A stretch of DNA of 35,795 nucleotides from Nemertoderma westbladi (Eukaryota > Animalia > Xenacoelomorpha): the NCBI GenBank assembly GCA_032718475.1, contig JAUCBJ010005120.1:1-35795 (forward strand), read 5' to 3'. The position numbers were made by a program, and so were the translations under genes. Below are positions 1 to 11,500 of the stretch, one piece after another. Position 1 is the stretch's first letter. The number at the start of each line of letters is the position of its first letter. The notes below the pieces were generated by a model. It was not told the origin of the DNA and did no database searches. It saw nothing but the letters and a program-made list of their open reading frames with translations.

Positions 1-1393
1 GTGCTACTGTTTGGTCGAGATCTTCCACAGTGCTACTGTTTGGTCGAGATCTTCCACACTGCTACCGTATGGTCGAGATCTTCCACAGTGCTACTGTTTG
101 GTCGAGATCTTCCACAGTGCTACTGTTTGGTCGAGATCTTCCACATTGCTACTGTTTGGTCGAGATCTTCCACACTGCTACCGTTTGGTCGAGATCTTCC
201 ACAGTGCTACTGTTTGGTCGAGATCTTCCACACTGCTACCGTTTGGTCGAGATCTTCCACACTGCTACCGTATGGTCGAGATCTTCCACAGTGCTACTGT
301 TTGGTCGAGATCTTCCACAGTGTTACTGTTTGGTCGAGATCTTCCACACTGCTACCGTTTGGTCGAGATCTTCCACACTGCTACCGTATGGTCGAGATCT
401 TCCACAGTGCTACTGTTTGGTCGAGATCTTCCACAGTGCTACTGTTTGGTCGAGATCTTCCACACTGCTACCATATGGTCGAGATCTTCCACAGTGCTAC
501 TGTTTGGTCGAGATTTTCCACAGTGCTACTGTTTGGTCGAGATCTTCCACAGTGTTACTGTATGGTCGAGATCTCCACAGTGCTACTGTTTGGTCGAGAT
601 CTTCCACACTGCTCCCGTTTGGTCGAGATCTTCCACAGTGCTATTGTTTGGTCGAGATCTTCCACACTGCTACCGTATGGTCGAGATCTTCCACAGTGCT
701 ACTGTTTGGTCGAGATTTTCCACAGTGCTACTGTTTGGTCGAGATCTTCCACAGTGCTACCGTTTGGTCGAGATCTTCCACTGTGCTATGTTTGGTCGAG
801 ATCTTCCACAATGCTTCTGTTTGGTCGAGATCTTCCACTGTGCTATGTTTGGTCGAGATCTTCCACAGTGTTACTGTTTGGTCGAGATCTTCCACAATGC
901 TACAGTTGGTCGAGATCAGTGCTACTGTTTGGTCGAGATCTTCCACAGTGTTACTGTTTGGTCGAGATCTTCCACTGTGCTATGTTTGGTCGAGATCTTC
1001 CACAGTGTTACTGTTTGGTCGAGATCTTCCACTGTGCTATGTTTGGTCGAGATCTTCCACAGTGTTACTGTTTGGTCGAGATCTTCCACAGTGCTACTGT
1101 TTGGTCGAGATCTTCCACAATGCTCCCGTTTGGTCGAGATCGTCCACAGTGTTACTGTTTGGCCGAGATCTTCCACTGTGCTATGTTTGGTCGAGATCTT
1201 CCACAGTGCTACTCTTTGGTCGAGATCTTCCACAGTGTTACTGTTTGGTCGAGATATTCCACTGTGCTATGTTTGTTCGAGATATTCCACTGTGCTATGT
1301 TTGTTCGAGATCTTCCACAGTGTTACTGTTTGGTCGAGATCTTCCACAGTGCTACTGTTTGGTCGAGATCTTCCACAGTGCTACTGTTTGGTC
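1..1393. repeat. 29-bp minisatellite, about 48 copies, truncated by the window start
   Basis: Unit GTGCTACTGTTTGGTCGAGATCTTCCACA repeated head-to-tail. A 28-bp variant (GTGCTATGTTTGG...CCACT) appears from about 780 onward. Confidence 0.97.
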
Positions 1394-1546
1394 TGTTGGC
1401 TCACATTGGTCCAATAAATTATTAACACACACTATTGGTCCAGCTAATCAGTTCTGTTAGTTGTACGCACGCTATTGGTTCAGCTACTTTAATACAGATA
1501 GGCGGTACATTCGAAATTGAAATAAATCGTTGCAAAAATACAAATT

Positions 1547-1620
1547 CTACCAAGTGAGATTTGAACTCGTAACCTAATATATGCACGACCTACGCACTAT
1601 CCTACTGGGCTATTGGACCC
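1547..1620 (-). mobile_element. Degenerate tRNA-like sequence (tRNA-derived SINE head or tRNA pseudogene)
   Basis: Minus strand reads GGGTCCAA-TAGCCCAGTAGG-ATAGTGCG...GAG-TTCAAAT-CTC-ACTTGG: a Pol III A box and B box at tRNA spacing, with partial D, T and acceptor pairing. Stems are too mismatched for a functional tRNA. Confidence 0.6.
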
Positions 1621-2038
1621 GTCGACCAGTCGATGCAAGTATGTCAAAGCCAAGGGTTAGGGTAGATAGAAATCCTGAAATCCATCACCATTGAATGTCA
1701 AGTGATTGGAAAATATAAAACTTTGATCATGATGATGTCACTGTGACTGTAACTGTAAGTACAAAATGGGAACACTAACGGTACATTAAACCATTCAAAA
1801 TCATTATGTCATTAGTACTGTACCGCGACCGGTACGATAGGCCTAGTTCTGTAGTTCATATTCTGTACCGGTATTACAGTAGTGCATCAAACAGGAGAAC
1901 CCACATATTATTGCAAGCCGATAGATTAAAATGAAATACTAAATAACATTTCAATTGCACTATATTTATTATTCATATTCATATTAACCATTATTATTAT
2001 TAATATTAACACAATTATTAGCCCAACACAAAATTAAC

Positions 2039-2171
2039 AATAATCCGCTATGGGGTGGGGATTATTACAGTAATGTGATAGTTTGTGTGATACTACAAAT
2101 AACCGCTGCACAGCTCAATACTATAACCCACTCGTTATTTGTAATGTACCACCCTCCATAGAAGAGTTATT
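2039..2171. mobile_element. Short imperfect inverted-repeat element (MITE-like remnant)
   Basis: AATAATCCGCTATGGGGTGGGGATTATTACA (2039-2069) resembles the reverse complement of 2140-2171 (AATAACTCTTCTATGGAGGGTGGTACATTACA). There is also a perfect inner pair TACAAATAAC (2094-2103) / GTTATTTGTA (2134-2143). Confidence 0.45.
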
Positions 2172-2685
2172 ACTTATATTACTAAAGGTTTATAGGAGAT
2201 CTTTTGAGACAGTTTTTATTTTTCTGTTAGAAAGATGAGGGGAAAAACCGTAAATTAGTAAACCAAAAACCCGGATAAAATTGTAAAAAAAACACGAAAA
2301 TCTCTGCATCTTGTAAATAACGAAAATCGAGCTAATATAAATTTTTTGGTTCTCACAATTTGCCTTGTTTTGTGCACGTACGTCACCACTCTGTAACCAG
2401 TTTATTCTCTAGAATTGAATCATCCGCCAATCATATTGTAGGCCATATTTTTCGTTGTACCGTAGGCTCAAGACTACAGTCCATGCGGAATAGTTCCTTA
2501 CTATTTTGATTATTAACGATTAGACTACTTTACTTACTATAATATAAAATATGTGTTATTTTTCATTCTACTTTAGTTACTTTCTACCGTATAGTTTACC
2601 TTATAGTCTGTTAGTTACAATATATTTAATATTTGTGCTATTATTATGTACTGTACACTGATATGAACCATAGTCGGTTTGGTGT

Positions 2686-2708
2686 AAATAAATAAATAAA
2701 TAAATAAA
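2686..2708 (+). repeat. (AAAT)n microsatellite, possibly the 3' tail of a non-LTR retroelement
   Basis: Five to six AAAT units directly before the 39-bp array, preceded by a small stem-loop-like segment (AACC...GGTT). The retroelement origin is inference. Confidence 0.6.
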
Positions 2709-2709
2709 A

Positions 2710-4571
2710 TATATATTTGTTGCAGTTCTCCACAAACGACACCCTAATTATATATTTGTTGCAGTTCTCCACAAACGGCACCCTAATTATATATTTGTTG
2801 CAGTTCTCCACAAACGGCACCCTAATTATATATTTGTTGCAGTTCTCCACAAACGGCACCCTAATTATATATTTGTTGCAGTTCTCCACAAACGGCACCC
2901 TAATTATATATTTGTTGCAGTTCTCCACAAACGGCACCCTAATTATATATTTGTTGCAGTTCTCCACAAACGGCACCCTAATTATATATTTGTTGCAGTT
3001 CTCCACAAACGGCACCCTAATTATATATTTGTTGCAGTTCTCCACAAACGACACCCTAATTATATATTTGTTGCAGTTCTCCACAAACGGCACCCTAATT
3101 ATATATTTGTTGCAGTTCTCCACAAACGGCACCCTAATTATATATTTGTTGCAGTTCTCCACAAACGGCACCCTAATTATATATTTGTTGCAGTTCTCCA
3201 CAAACGGCACCCTAATTATATATTTGTTGCAGTTCTCCACAAACGGCACCCTAATTATATATTTGTTGCAGTTCTCCACAAACGGCACCCTAATTATATA
3301 TTTGTTGCAGTTCTCCATAAACGGCACCCTAATTATATATTTGTTGCAGTTCTCCACAAACGGCACCCTAATTATATATTTGTTGCAGTTCTCCACAAAC
3401 GGCACCCTAATTATATATTTGTTGCAGTTCTCCACAAATGGCACCCTAATTATATATTTGTTGCAGTTCTCCACAAACGGCACCCTAATTATATATTTGT
3501 TGCAGTTCTCCACAAACGGCACCCTAATTATATATTTGTTGCAGTTCTCCATAAACGGCACCCTAATTATATATTTGTTGCAGTTCTCCACAAACGACAC
3601 CCTAATTATATATTTGTTTCAGTTCTCCACAAACGGCACCCTAATTATATATTTGTTGCAGTTCTCCACAAACGGCACCCTAATTATATATTTGTTGCAG
3701 TTCTCCACAAACGGCACCCTAATTATATATTTGTTGCAGTTCTCCACAAACGGCACCATAATTATATATTTGTTGCAGTTCTCCACAAACGGCACCCTAA
3801 TTATATATTTGTTGCAGTTCTCCACAAACGGCACCCTAATTATATATTTGTTGCAGTTCTCCACAAACGGCACCCTAATTATATATTTGTTGCAGTTCTC
3901 CATAAACGGCACCCTAATTATATATTTGTTGCAGTTCTCCACAAACGGCACCCTAATTATATATTTGTTGCAGTTCTCCACAAACGGCACCCTAATCATA
4001 TATTTGTTGCAGTTCTCCACAAACGGCACCCTAATTATATAATTGTTGCAGTTCTCCACAAACGGCACCCTAATTATATATTTGTTGCAGTTCTCCACAA
4101 ACGGCACCCTAATTATATATTTGTTGCAGTTCTCCACAAACGGCACCATAATTATATATTTGTTGCAGTTCTCCACAAACGGCACCCTAATTATATATTT
4201 GTTGCAGTTCTCCACAAACGGCACCCTAATTATATATTTGTTGCAGTTCTCCACAAACGGCACCCTAATTATATATTTGTTGCAGTTCTCCATAAACGGC
4301 ACCCTAATTATATATTTGTTGCAGTTCTCCACAAACGGCACCCTAATTATATATTTGTTGCAGTTCTCCACAAACGGCACCCTAATCATATATTTGTTGC
4401 AGTTCTCCACAAACGGCACCCTAATTATATAATTGTTGCAGTTCTCCACAAACGGCACCCTAATTATATATTTGTTGCAGTTCTCCACAAACGGCACCCT
4501 AATTATATATTTGTTGCAGTTCTCCACAAACGGCACCCTAATTATATATTTGTTTCAGTCTTCCACAAACG
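2710..4571. repeat. 39-bp minisatellite, about 47-48 copies, each copy containing a 3' splice-site-like motif
   Basis: Unit ATATATTTGTTGCAGTTCTCCACAAACGGCACCCTAATT, highly homogeneous. The last copy merges into unique coding-like sequence at 4559. Confidence 0.97.
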
Positions 4572-4700
4572 CATCGCCTAAACTCCGTCACTCCACTGGT
4601 AATGTTACAGACGAGATACAATTGGGTGAAGAGGCCGACAGGCAGCGCAGCAAAACTATGTCGGCGACATCACTGAGACATGCCTTGTCTGAAGTAAGCG
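4559..4700 (+). CDS. Putative internal coding exon (142 nt, phase 0 to 1) of an unidentified gene: SSTNASPKLRHSTGNVTDEIQLGEEADRQRSKTMSATSLRHALSEVS
   Basis: Acceptor TTTGTTTCAG| at 4558, donor |GTGAGT at 4701, open frame, GC content higher than flanks. End phase matches the next candidate exon. An alternative donor GTAAGC lies at 4694. Confidence 0.65.
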
Positions 4701-5080
4701 GTGAGTCTCGATTTGGTTGATATAAAATAATAATGTTTTGGAAATCAGTGGAATATTAGAAGCTTCGACAACAAATAGCGTGTGTATACTATAGTAACTA
4801 TAGATATATATATGTGTATACTGTAGCCGTGCAATGTGAAAAGACAGCAAGTCACAAAAAGTAATTTCGAGTAAAACGCAAATTACTGTTAGCCTTCAGA
4901 TTGTTGGTTTAAAATGTCCGTAAATTACTAATTTTTTATAACCCGACGCAATTTGGGGAGGGAAATTTTTCTACGTGATTATTTTTCACTTTCCATTAAT
5001 ATTTTGACTTCAGGGTTATTTTTTGTACTTACGGTGTTTTTGCATTGTACAACCTGTATGTAAATACATTCTATACAATG

Positions 5081-6426
5081 CAAAACCAAATGTCACAATG
5101 ACAAAACAAATGTCACAATGACAAAAAAATGTCACAATGACAAAAAAATGTCACAATGACAAAACAAATGTCACAATGACAAAACAAATGTCACAATGAC
5201 AAAACAAATGTCACAATGACAAAACAAATGTCACAATTACAAAACAAATGTCACAATGACAAAACAAATGTCACAATGACAAAACAAATGTCACAATGAC
5301 AAAACAAATGTCACAATGACAAAACAAATGTCACAATGACAAAACAAATGTCACAATGACAAAACAAATGTCACAATGACAAAACAAATGTCACAATGAC
5401 AAAACAAATGTCACAATGACAAAACAAATGTCACAATGACAAAACAAATGTCACAATGATAAAACAAATGTCACAATGACAAAACAAATGTCACAATGAC
5501 AAAACAAATGTCACAATGACAAAACAAATGTCACAATGACAAAACAAATGTCACAATTACAAAACAAATGTCACAATGACAAAACAAATGTCACAATGAC
5601 AAAACAAATGTCACAATGACAAAACAAATGTCACAATGACAAAACAAATGTCACAATGACAAAACAAATGTCACAATGACAAAACAAATGTCACAATGAC
5701 AAAACAAATGTCACAATGACAAAACAAATGTCACAATGACAAAACAAATGTCACAATGACAAAACAAATGTCACAATGATAAAACAAATGTCACAATGAC
5801 AAAACAAATGTCACAATGACAAAACAAATGTCACAATGACAAAACAAATGTCACAATGACAAAACAAATGTCACAATGACAAAACAAATGTCACAATGAC
5901 AAAACAAATGTCACAATGACAAAACAAATGTCACAATGATAAAACAAATATCACAATGACAAAACAAATGTCACAATGATAAAACAAATGTCACAATGAC
6001 AAAACAAATGTCACAATGACAAAACAAATGTCACAATGACAAAACAAATGTCACAATGACAAAACAAATGTCACAATGACAAAATAAATGTCACAATGAC
6101 AAAACAAATGTCACAATGACAAAACAAATGTCACAATGATAAAACAAATGTCACAATGACAAAACAAATGTCACAATGACAAAACAAATGTCACAATGGC
6201 AAAACAAATGTCACAATGACAAAACAAATGTCACAATGACAAATCAAATGTCACAATGACAAAAAGAATGTCACAATGACAAAATAAATGTCACAATGAC
6301 AAAACAAATGTCACAATGACAAAACAAATGTCACAATGATAAAACAAATGTCACAATGGCAAAACAAATGTCACAATGACAAAACAAATGTCACAATGAC
6401 AAAACAAATGTCACAATAACAAAACA
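5081..6426. repeat. 20-bp minisatellite, about 67 copies
   Basis: Unit CAAAACAAATGTCACAATGA repeated nearly perfectly. Confidence 0.97.
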
Positions 6427-6997
6427 CCGTAAGTCTGTCAGTTGCGGTGTTTTTGCATTGTATAAATTTAGTGCATTAATAAAGGTTCTGTGGTTTTTTA
6501 ATTTGTAAATAACTCAAAAGAGTTTGCATGAACAAAACAACTTGGGAGCGGGGAATATTATGAAATATAAAAAAAACTGTCCGAAATTCTTCGAAAGAAA
6601 TGAGAAATTGCCTATCATATGGAGCGAAAATTGCAAAAACGGGTTAAGAATTGGCAAGATGGGTAGTGTTTGTTTGCGTGAAAAAATATCTTTCCGAGAA
6701 AATTGTCTTCAACGTTTAAATCTTCCCGCTCAAACCTGTCTGTCTGGGGTCTGCTTGGTTAATAATCTCTGGCATGATGGAAGCGCACCACAGAGCTATA
6801 ATTTTCATTATGGTGGTTTTCCGAAGTCAGTAATTTAATTTGCAATGTCAATTGTTATGTTCGGTAGAATCTAGTATGTCTGACTATTGGTCTGGCTGTC
6901 TGTCTAAACTTACATTTTGACGGTCAGACCGGCAGACATGGAGAGACAGTGATCGTCCTTAAAGCACTTGAGAAGGGATTATCATACTAAACAAACA

Positions 6998-7801
6998 GTT
7001 AGGGTAGTTAGAGTTAGTTAGGGTAGGTAGTTAGGGTAGTTAGAGTTAGTTAGGGTAGTTATGGTTAGTTAGAGTAGGTAGTTAGGGTAGGTAGTTAGGG
7101 TAGTTAGAGTTAGTTAGGGTAGGTAGTTAGGGTAGGTAGTTAGGGTAGTTAGAGTTAGTTAGGGTAGTTATGGTTAGTTAGAGTAGGTAGTTAGCGTAGG
7201 TAGTTAGGGTAGTTAGAGTTAGTTAGGGTAGTTATGGTTAGTTAGAGTAGGTAGCTAGGGTAGGTAGTTAGGGTAGTTAGAGTTAGTTAGTGAAGTGAAG
7301 GTTAGTTAGGGTAGGTAGGGTTAGGGTAGGTAGGGTAGTTAGGGTAGGTAGTTAGGGTAGTTAGAGTTAGTTAGGGTAGTTAGGGTTTGTTAGGGTAGGT
7401 AGTTAGGGTAGTTGGGGTTAGTTAGGGTAGTTAGGGTTAGTTAGGGTAGGTAGTTAGGGTTAGTTAGGGTAGGTAGTTAGGGTAGTTGGGGTTAGTTAGG
7501 GTAGGTAGTTAGGGTAGTTAGGGTTAGTTAGGGTAGGTAGTTAGGGTAGTTAGGGTAGGTAGTTAGGGTAGTTGGGGTAGGTAGTTAGGGTTAGTTAGGG
7601 TAGGTAGTTAGGGTAGTTAGGGTTAGTTGGGTAGTTAGTTAGGGTAGTTAGGGTTAGTTAGGGTAGGTAGTTGGGGTTAGTTAGGGTAGTTAGGGTTAGT
7701 TAGGGTAGGTAGTTAGGGTAGTTAGGGTTAGTTAGGGTAGTTAGTTAGCTTAGGTAGTTAGGGTTAGTTAGGGTAGTTGGGGTTAGTTAGGGTAGGGTGG
7801 G
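6998..7801 (+). repeat. Degenerate telomere-like G-rich simple repeat (TTAGGG/TAGG/TTAG mosaic)
   Basis: About 800 bp built from GTTAGGGTAG, GTTAG and GTAG blocks, almost C-free on the plus strand. It lies internally, so it is not a chromosome end. Confidence 0.9.
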
Positions 7802-7833
7802 TTAACTTCAGGTGACTAATTTATTAACAACAG

Positions 7834-7878
7834 TTAATTTACAAGCTTTCTCCCATCAGGGCTTCTTCAGGCAATTAA
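7834..7878 (-). ncRNA. Minimal type I hammerhead-ribozyme-like motif (Penelope-like element type), probably degenerate
   Basis: Minus strand: TTAATTGC-CTGAAGA-AG-CCC-TGAT-GGG-A-GAAA-GC-TT-GTAAATTAA. It has the CUGANGA and GAAA core boxes, a stem II hairpin, a palindromic AAGCTT stem III and an 8-bp stem I with one bulge. AATAAA follows shortly downstream. Confidence 0.55.
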
Positions 7879-8381
7879 TGAAAAATGCATAGAACAGATC
7901 TCATCGCCGAGCCATGTTCAAATTTGACATCCTCATTAAGTTATGCTCTAACTCCGTAGCATACAGACATGATGATAAAACACCGTTTGTAAGTCACTTG
8001 GTGAAATTAAAATTTTAATTTACGCGACTTTTCTCCACATAGTAAAAAACCGCTAGTCAAAAGACACACATTTCAATAAAACTGCGTTTTCTTATTATCT
8101 ATGCATTGATAAAAAAACCGTAAGTGTTGTTGACTTACGGTTTCTTTTGCATAAATTTAAGTAGTTGATCCATGTTGTGACTTACGGCCTCTTTTAACAT
8201 TGCATATCTCGAGAACTCGAGTACGGTGTTAAATACGGTGTTATCGATTATACCATTAGGTAGAGCGCATTTTTTAGACCCATAAAAAGTTAATTTTGGA
8301 TAAATGCGACTTGGCGGTCTTTTCACATTGCACGGCAGAGTTTAAGCTGCCTTTATCTACTGTAATAAATAAATATCGCAG

Positions 8382-8548
8382 ATGACATAGATGTTAATGG
8401 GATAAATTCCAAGAGCGAGGCCATTGGCGTTGCCGTTACTAAGTCTATAACTCCAAAGGATTGCAGGAATTCCCAGCCAACAGTAGAAAAGAATCCGACA
8501 ATGGAAACGTCGGAATATCAGACACCTGTGCGTACCAAGTGCTCCCAT
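8382..8548 (+). CDS. Putative internal coding exon (167 nt, phase 1 to 0): (D)DIDVNGINSKSEAIGVAVTKSITPKDCRNSQPTVEKNPTMETSEYQTPVRTKCSH
   Basis: Acceptor ATCGCAG| at 8381 (weak pyrimidine tract), perfect donor |GTAAGT at 8549. It is open in exactly the phase required by exon 4559-4700 (junction codon G|AT = Asp). Confidence 0.62.
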
Positions 8549-8570
8549 GTAAGTACTCTATGTAACGTTC

Positions 8571-11500
8571 ATACCCAACAGATACCAAGTTTACTATATA
8601 ACGATCCGACTACTACGATACCCAACAGATACCAAGTTTACTATATAACGATCCGACTACTACGATACCCAACAGATACCAAGTTTACTATATAACGATC
8701 CGACTACTACGATACCCAACAGATACCAAGTTTACTATATAACGATCCGACTACGATACCCAACAGATACCAAGTTTACTATATAACGATCCGACTACGA
8801 TACCCAACAGATACCAAGTTTACTATATAACGATCCGACTACGATACCCAACAGATACCAAGTTTACTATATAACGATCCGACTACGATACCCAACAGAT
8901 ACCAAGTTTACTATATAACGATCCGACTACTACGATACCCAACAGATACCAAGTTTACTATATAACGATCCGACTACTACGATACCCAACAGATACCAAG
9001 TTTACTATATAACGATCCGACTACGATACCCAACAGATACCAAGTTTACTATATAACGATCCGACTACGATACCCAACAGATACCAAGTTTACTATATAA
9101 CGATCCGACTACTACGATACCCAACAGATACCAAGTTTACTATATAACGATCCGACTACGATACCCAACAGATACCAAGTTTACTATATAACGATCCGAC
9201 TACTACGATACCCAACAGATACCAAGTTTACTATATAACGATCCGACTACTACGATACCCAACAGATACCAAGTTTACTATATAACGATCCGACTACTAC
9301 GATACCCAACAGATACCAAGTTTACTATATAACGATCCGACTACGATACCCAACAGATACCAAGTTTACTATATAACGATCCGACTACGATACCCAACAG
9401 ATACCAAGTTTACTATATAACGATCCGACTACGATACCCAACAGATACCTAGGTACTATATAACGATCCGACTACTACGATACCCAACAGATACCAAGTT
9501 TACTATATAACGATCCGACTACGATACCCAACAGATACCAAGTTTACTATATAACGATCCGACTACGATACCCAACAGATACCAAGTTTACTATATAACG
9601 ATCCGACTACGATACCCAACAGATACCAAGTTTACTATATAACGATCCGACTACTATACCCAACAGATACCAAGTTTACTATATAACGATCCGACTACGA
9701 TACCCAACAGATACCAAGTTTACTATATAACGATCCGACTACTACGATACCCAACAGATACCAAGTTTACTATATAACGATCCGACTACTACGATACCCA
9801 ACAGATACCAAGTTTACTATATAACGATCCGACTACTACGATACCCAACAGATACCAAGTTTACTATATAACGATCCGACTACTACGATACCCAACAGAT
9901 ACCAAGTTTACTATATAACGATCCGACTACGATACCCAACAGATACCAAGTTTACTATATAACGATCCGACTACTACGATACCCAACAGATACCAAGTTT
10001 ACTATATAACGATCCGACTACTACGATACCCAACAGATACCAAGTTTACTATATAACGATCCGACTACGATACCCAACAGATACCAAGTTTACTATATAA
10101 CGATCCGACTACTACGATACCCAACAGATACCAAGTTTACTATATAACGATCCGACTACTACGATACCCAACAGATACCAAGTTTACTATATAACGATCC
10201 GACTACTACGATACCCAACAGATACCAAGTTTACTATATAACGATCCGACTACTACGATACCCAACAGATACCAAGTTTACTATATAACGATCCGACTAC
10301 TTTATCCGACTGATACCAAGTTTACTATATAACGATCCGACTACTACGATACCCAACAGATACCAAGTTTACTATATAACGATCCGACTACTACGATACC
10401 CAACAGATACCAAGTTTACTATATAACGATCCGACTACTACGATACCCAACAGATACCAAGTTTACTATATAACGATCCGACTACTTTATCCGACTGATA
10501 CCAAGTTTACTATATAACGATCCGACTACTACGATACCCAACAGATACCAAGTTTACTATATAACGATCCGACTACTACGATACCCAACAGATACCAAGT
10601 TTACTATATAACGATCCGACTACTTTATCCGACTGATACCAAGTTTACTATATAACGATCCGACTACTACGATACCCAACAGATACCAAGTTTACTATAT
10701 AACGATCCGACTACTACGATACCCAACAGATACCAAGTTTACTATATAACGATCCGACTACTACGATACCCAACAGATACCAAGTTTACTATATAACGAT
10801 CCGACTACTTTATCCGACTGATACCAAGTTTACTATATAACGATCCGACTACTACGATACCCAACAGATACCAAGTTTACTATATAACGATCCGACTACT
10901 ACGATACCCAACAGATACCAAGTTTACTATATAACGATCCGACTACTACGATACCCAACAGATACCAAGTTTACTATATAACGATCCGACTACTACGATA
11001 CCCAACAGATACCAAGTTTACTATATAACGATCCGACTACTACGATACCCAACAGATACCAAGTTTACTATATAACGATCCGACTACTTTATCCGACTGA
11101 TACCAAGTTTACTATATAACGATCCGACTACTACGATACCCAACAGATACCAAGTTTACTATATAACGATCCGACTACTACGATACCCAACAGATACCAA
11201 GTTTACTATATAACGATCCGCTCATTCCCAACAGATACCAAGTTTACTATATAACGATCCGACTACGATACCCAACAGATACCAAGTTTACTATATAACG
11301 ATCCGACTACGATACCCAACAGATACCAAGTTTACTATATAACGATCCGACTACTACGATACCCAACAGATACCAAGTTTACTATATAACGATCCGACTA
11401 CTACGATACCCAACAGATACCAAGTTTACTATATAACGATCCGACTACGATACCCAACAGATACCAAGTTTACTATATAACGATCCGACTACGACGATAC

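Larger units (their letters stand above)
4826..8336. mobile_element. Non-autonomous TIR DNA-transposon-like element (about 3.5 kb), superfamily unassigned
   Basis: Perfect 20-bp terminal inverted repeat GCCGTGCAATGTGAAAAGAC (4826-4845) / GTCTTTTCACATTGCACGGC (8317-8336), extending imperfectly to about 30 bp. Internal ACTTACGGTGTTTT-type motifs occur in both orientations. No transposase ORF and no clear TSD. Confidence 0.75.

Noticed and set aside
1-1460. Three overlapping ~470-aa ORFs
   Set aside because: A stop-free 29-bp unit opens all three frames with the same cyclic peptide, and indel variants are tolerated. Not coding evidence.
1547-1620. Functional tRNA gene
   Set aside because: Acceptor, anticodon and T stems have multiple mismatches.
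2644-4536. Long ORFs on both strands of the 39-bp array as standalone genes
   Set aside because: They follow from a codon-multiple repeat unit, and recurrent stop variants interrupt them.
20-4570. Shared TCTTCCACA/TTCTCCACA between the 29-bp and 39-bp units
   Set aside because: Too short to imply common origin; the rest of the units do not align.
6524-6838. 104-aa ORF as a transposase remnant
   Set aside because: No recognisable motif; it looks like chance open frame in AT-rich element interior.
6998-7801. True telomere
   Set aside because: Internal, degenerate, and flanked by element sequence on both sides.
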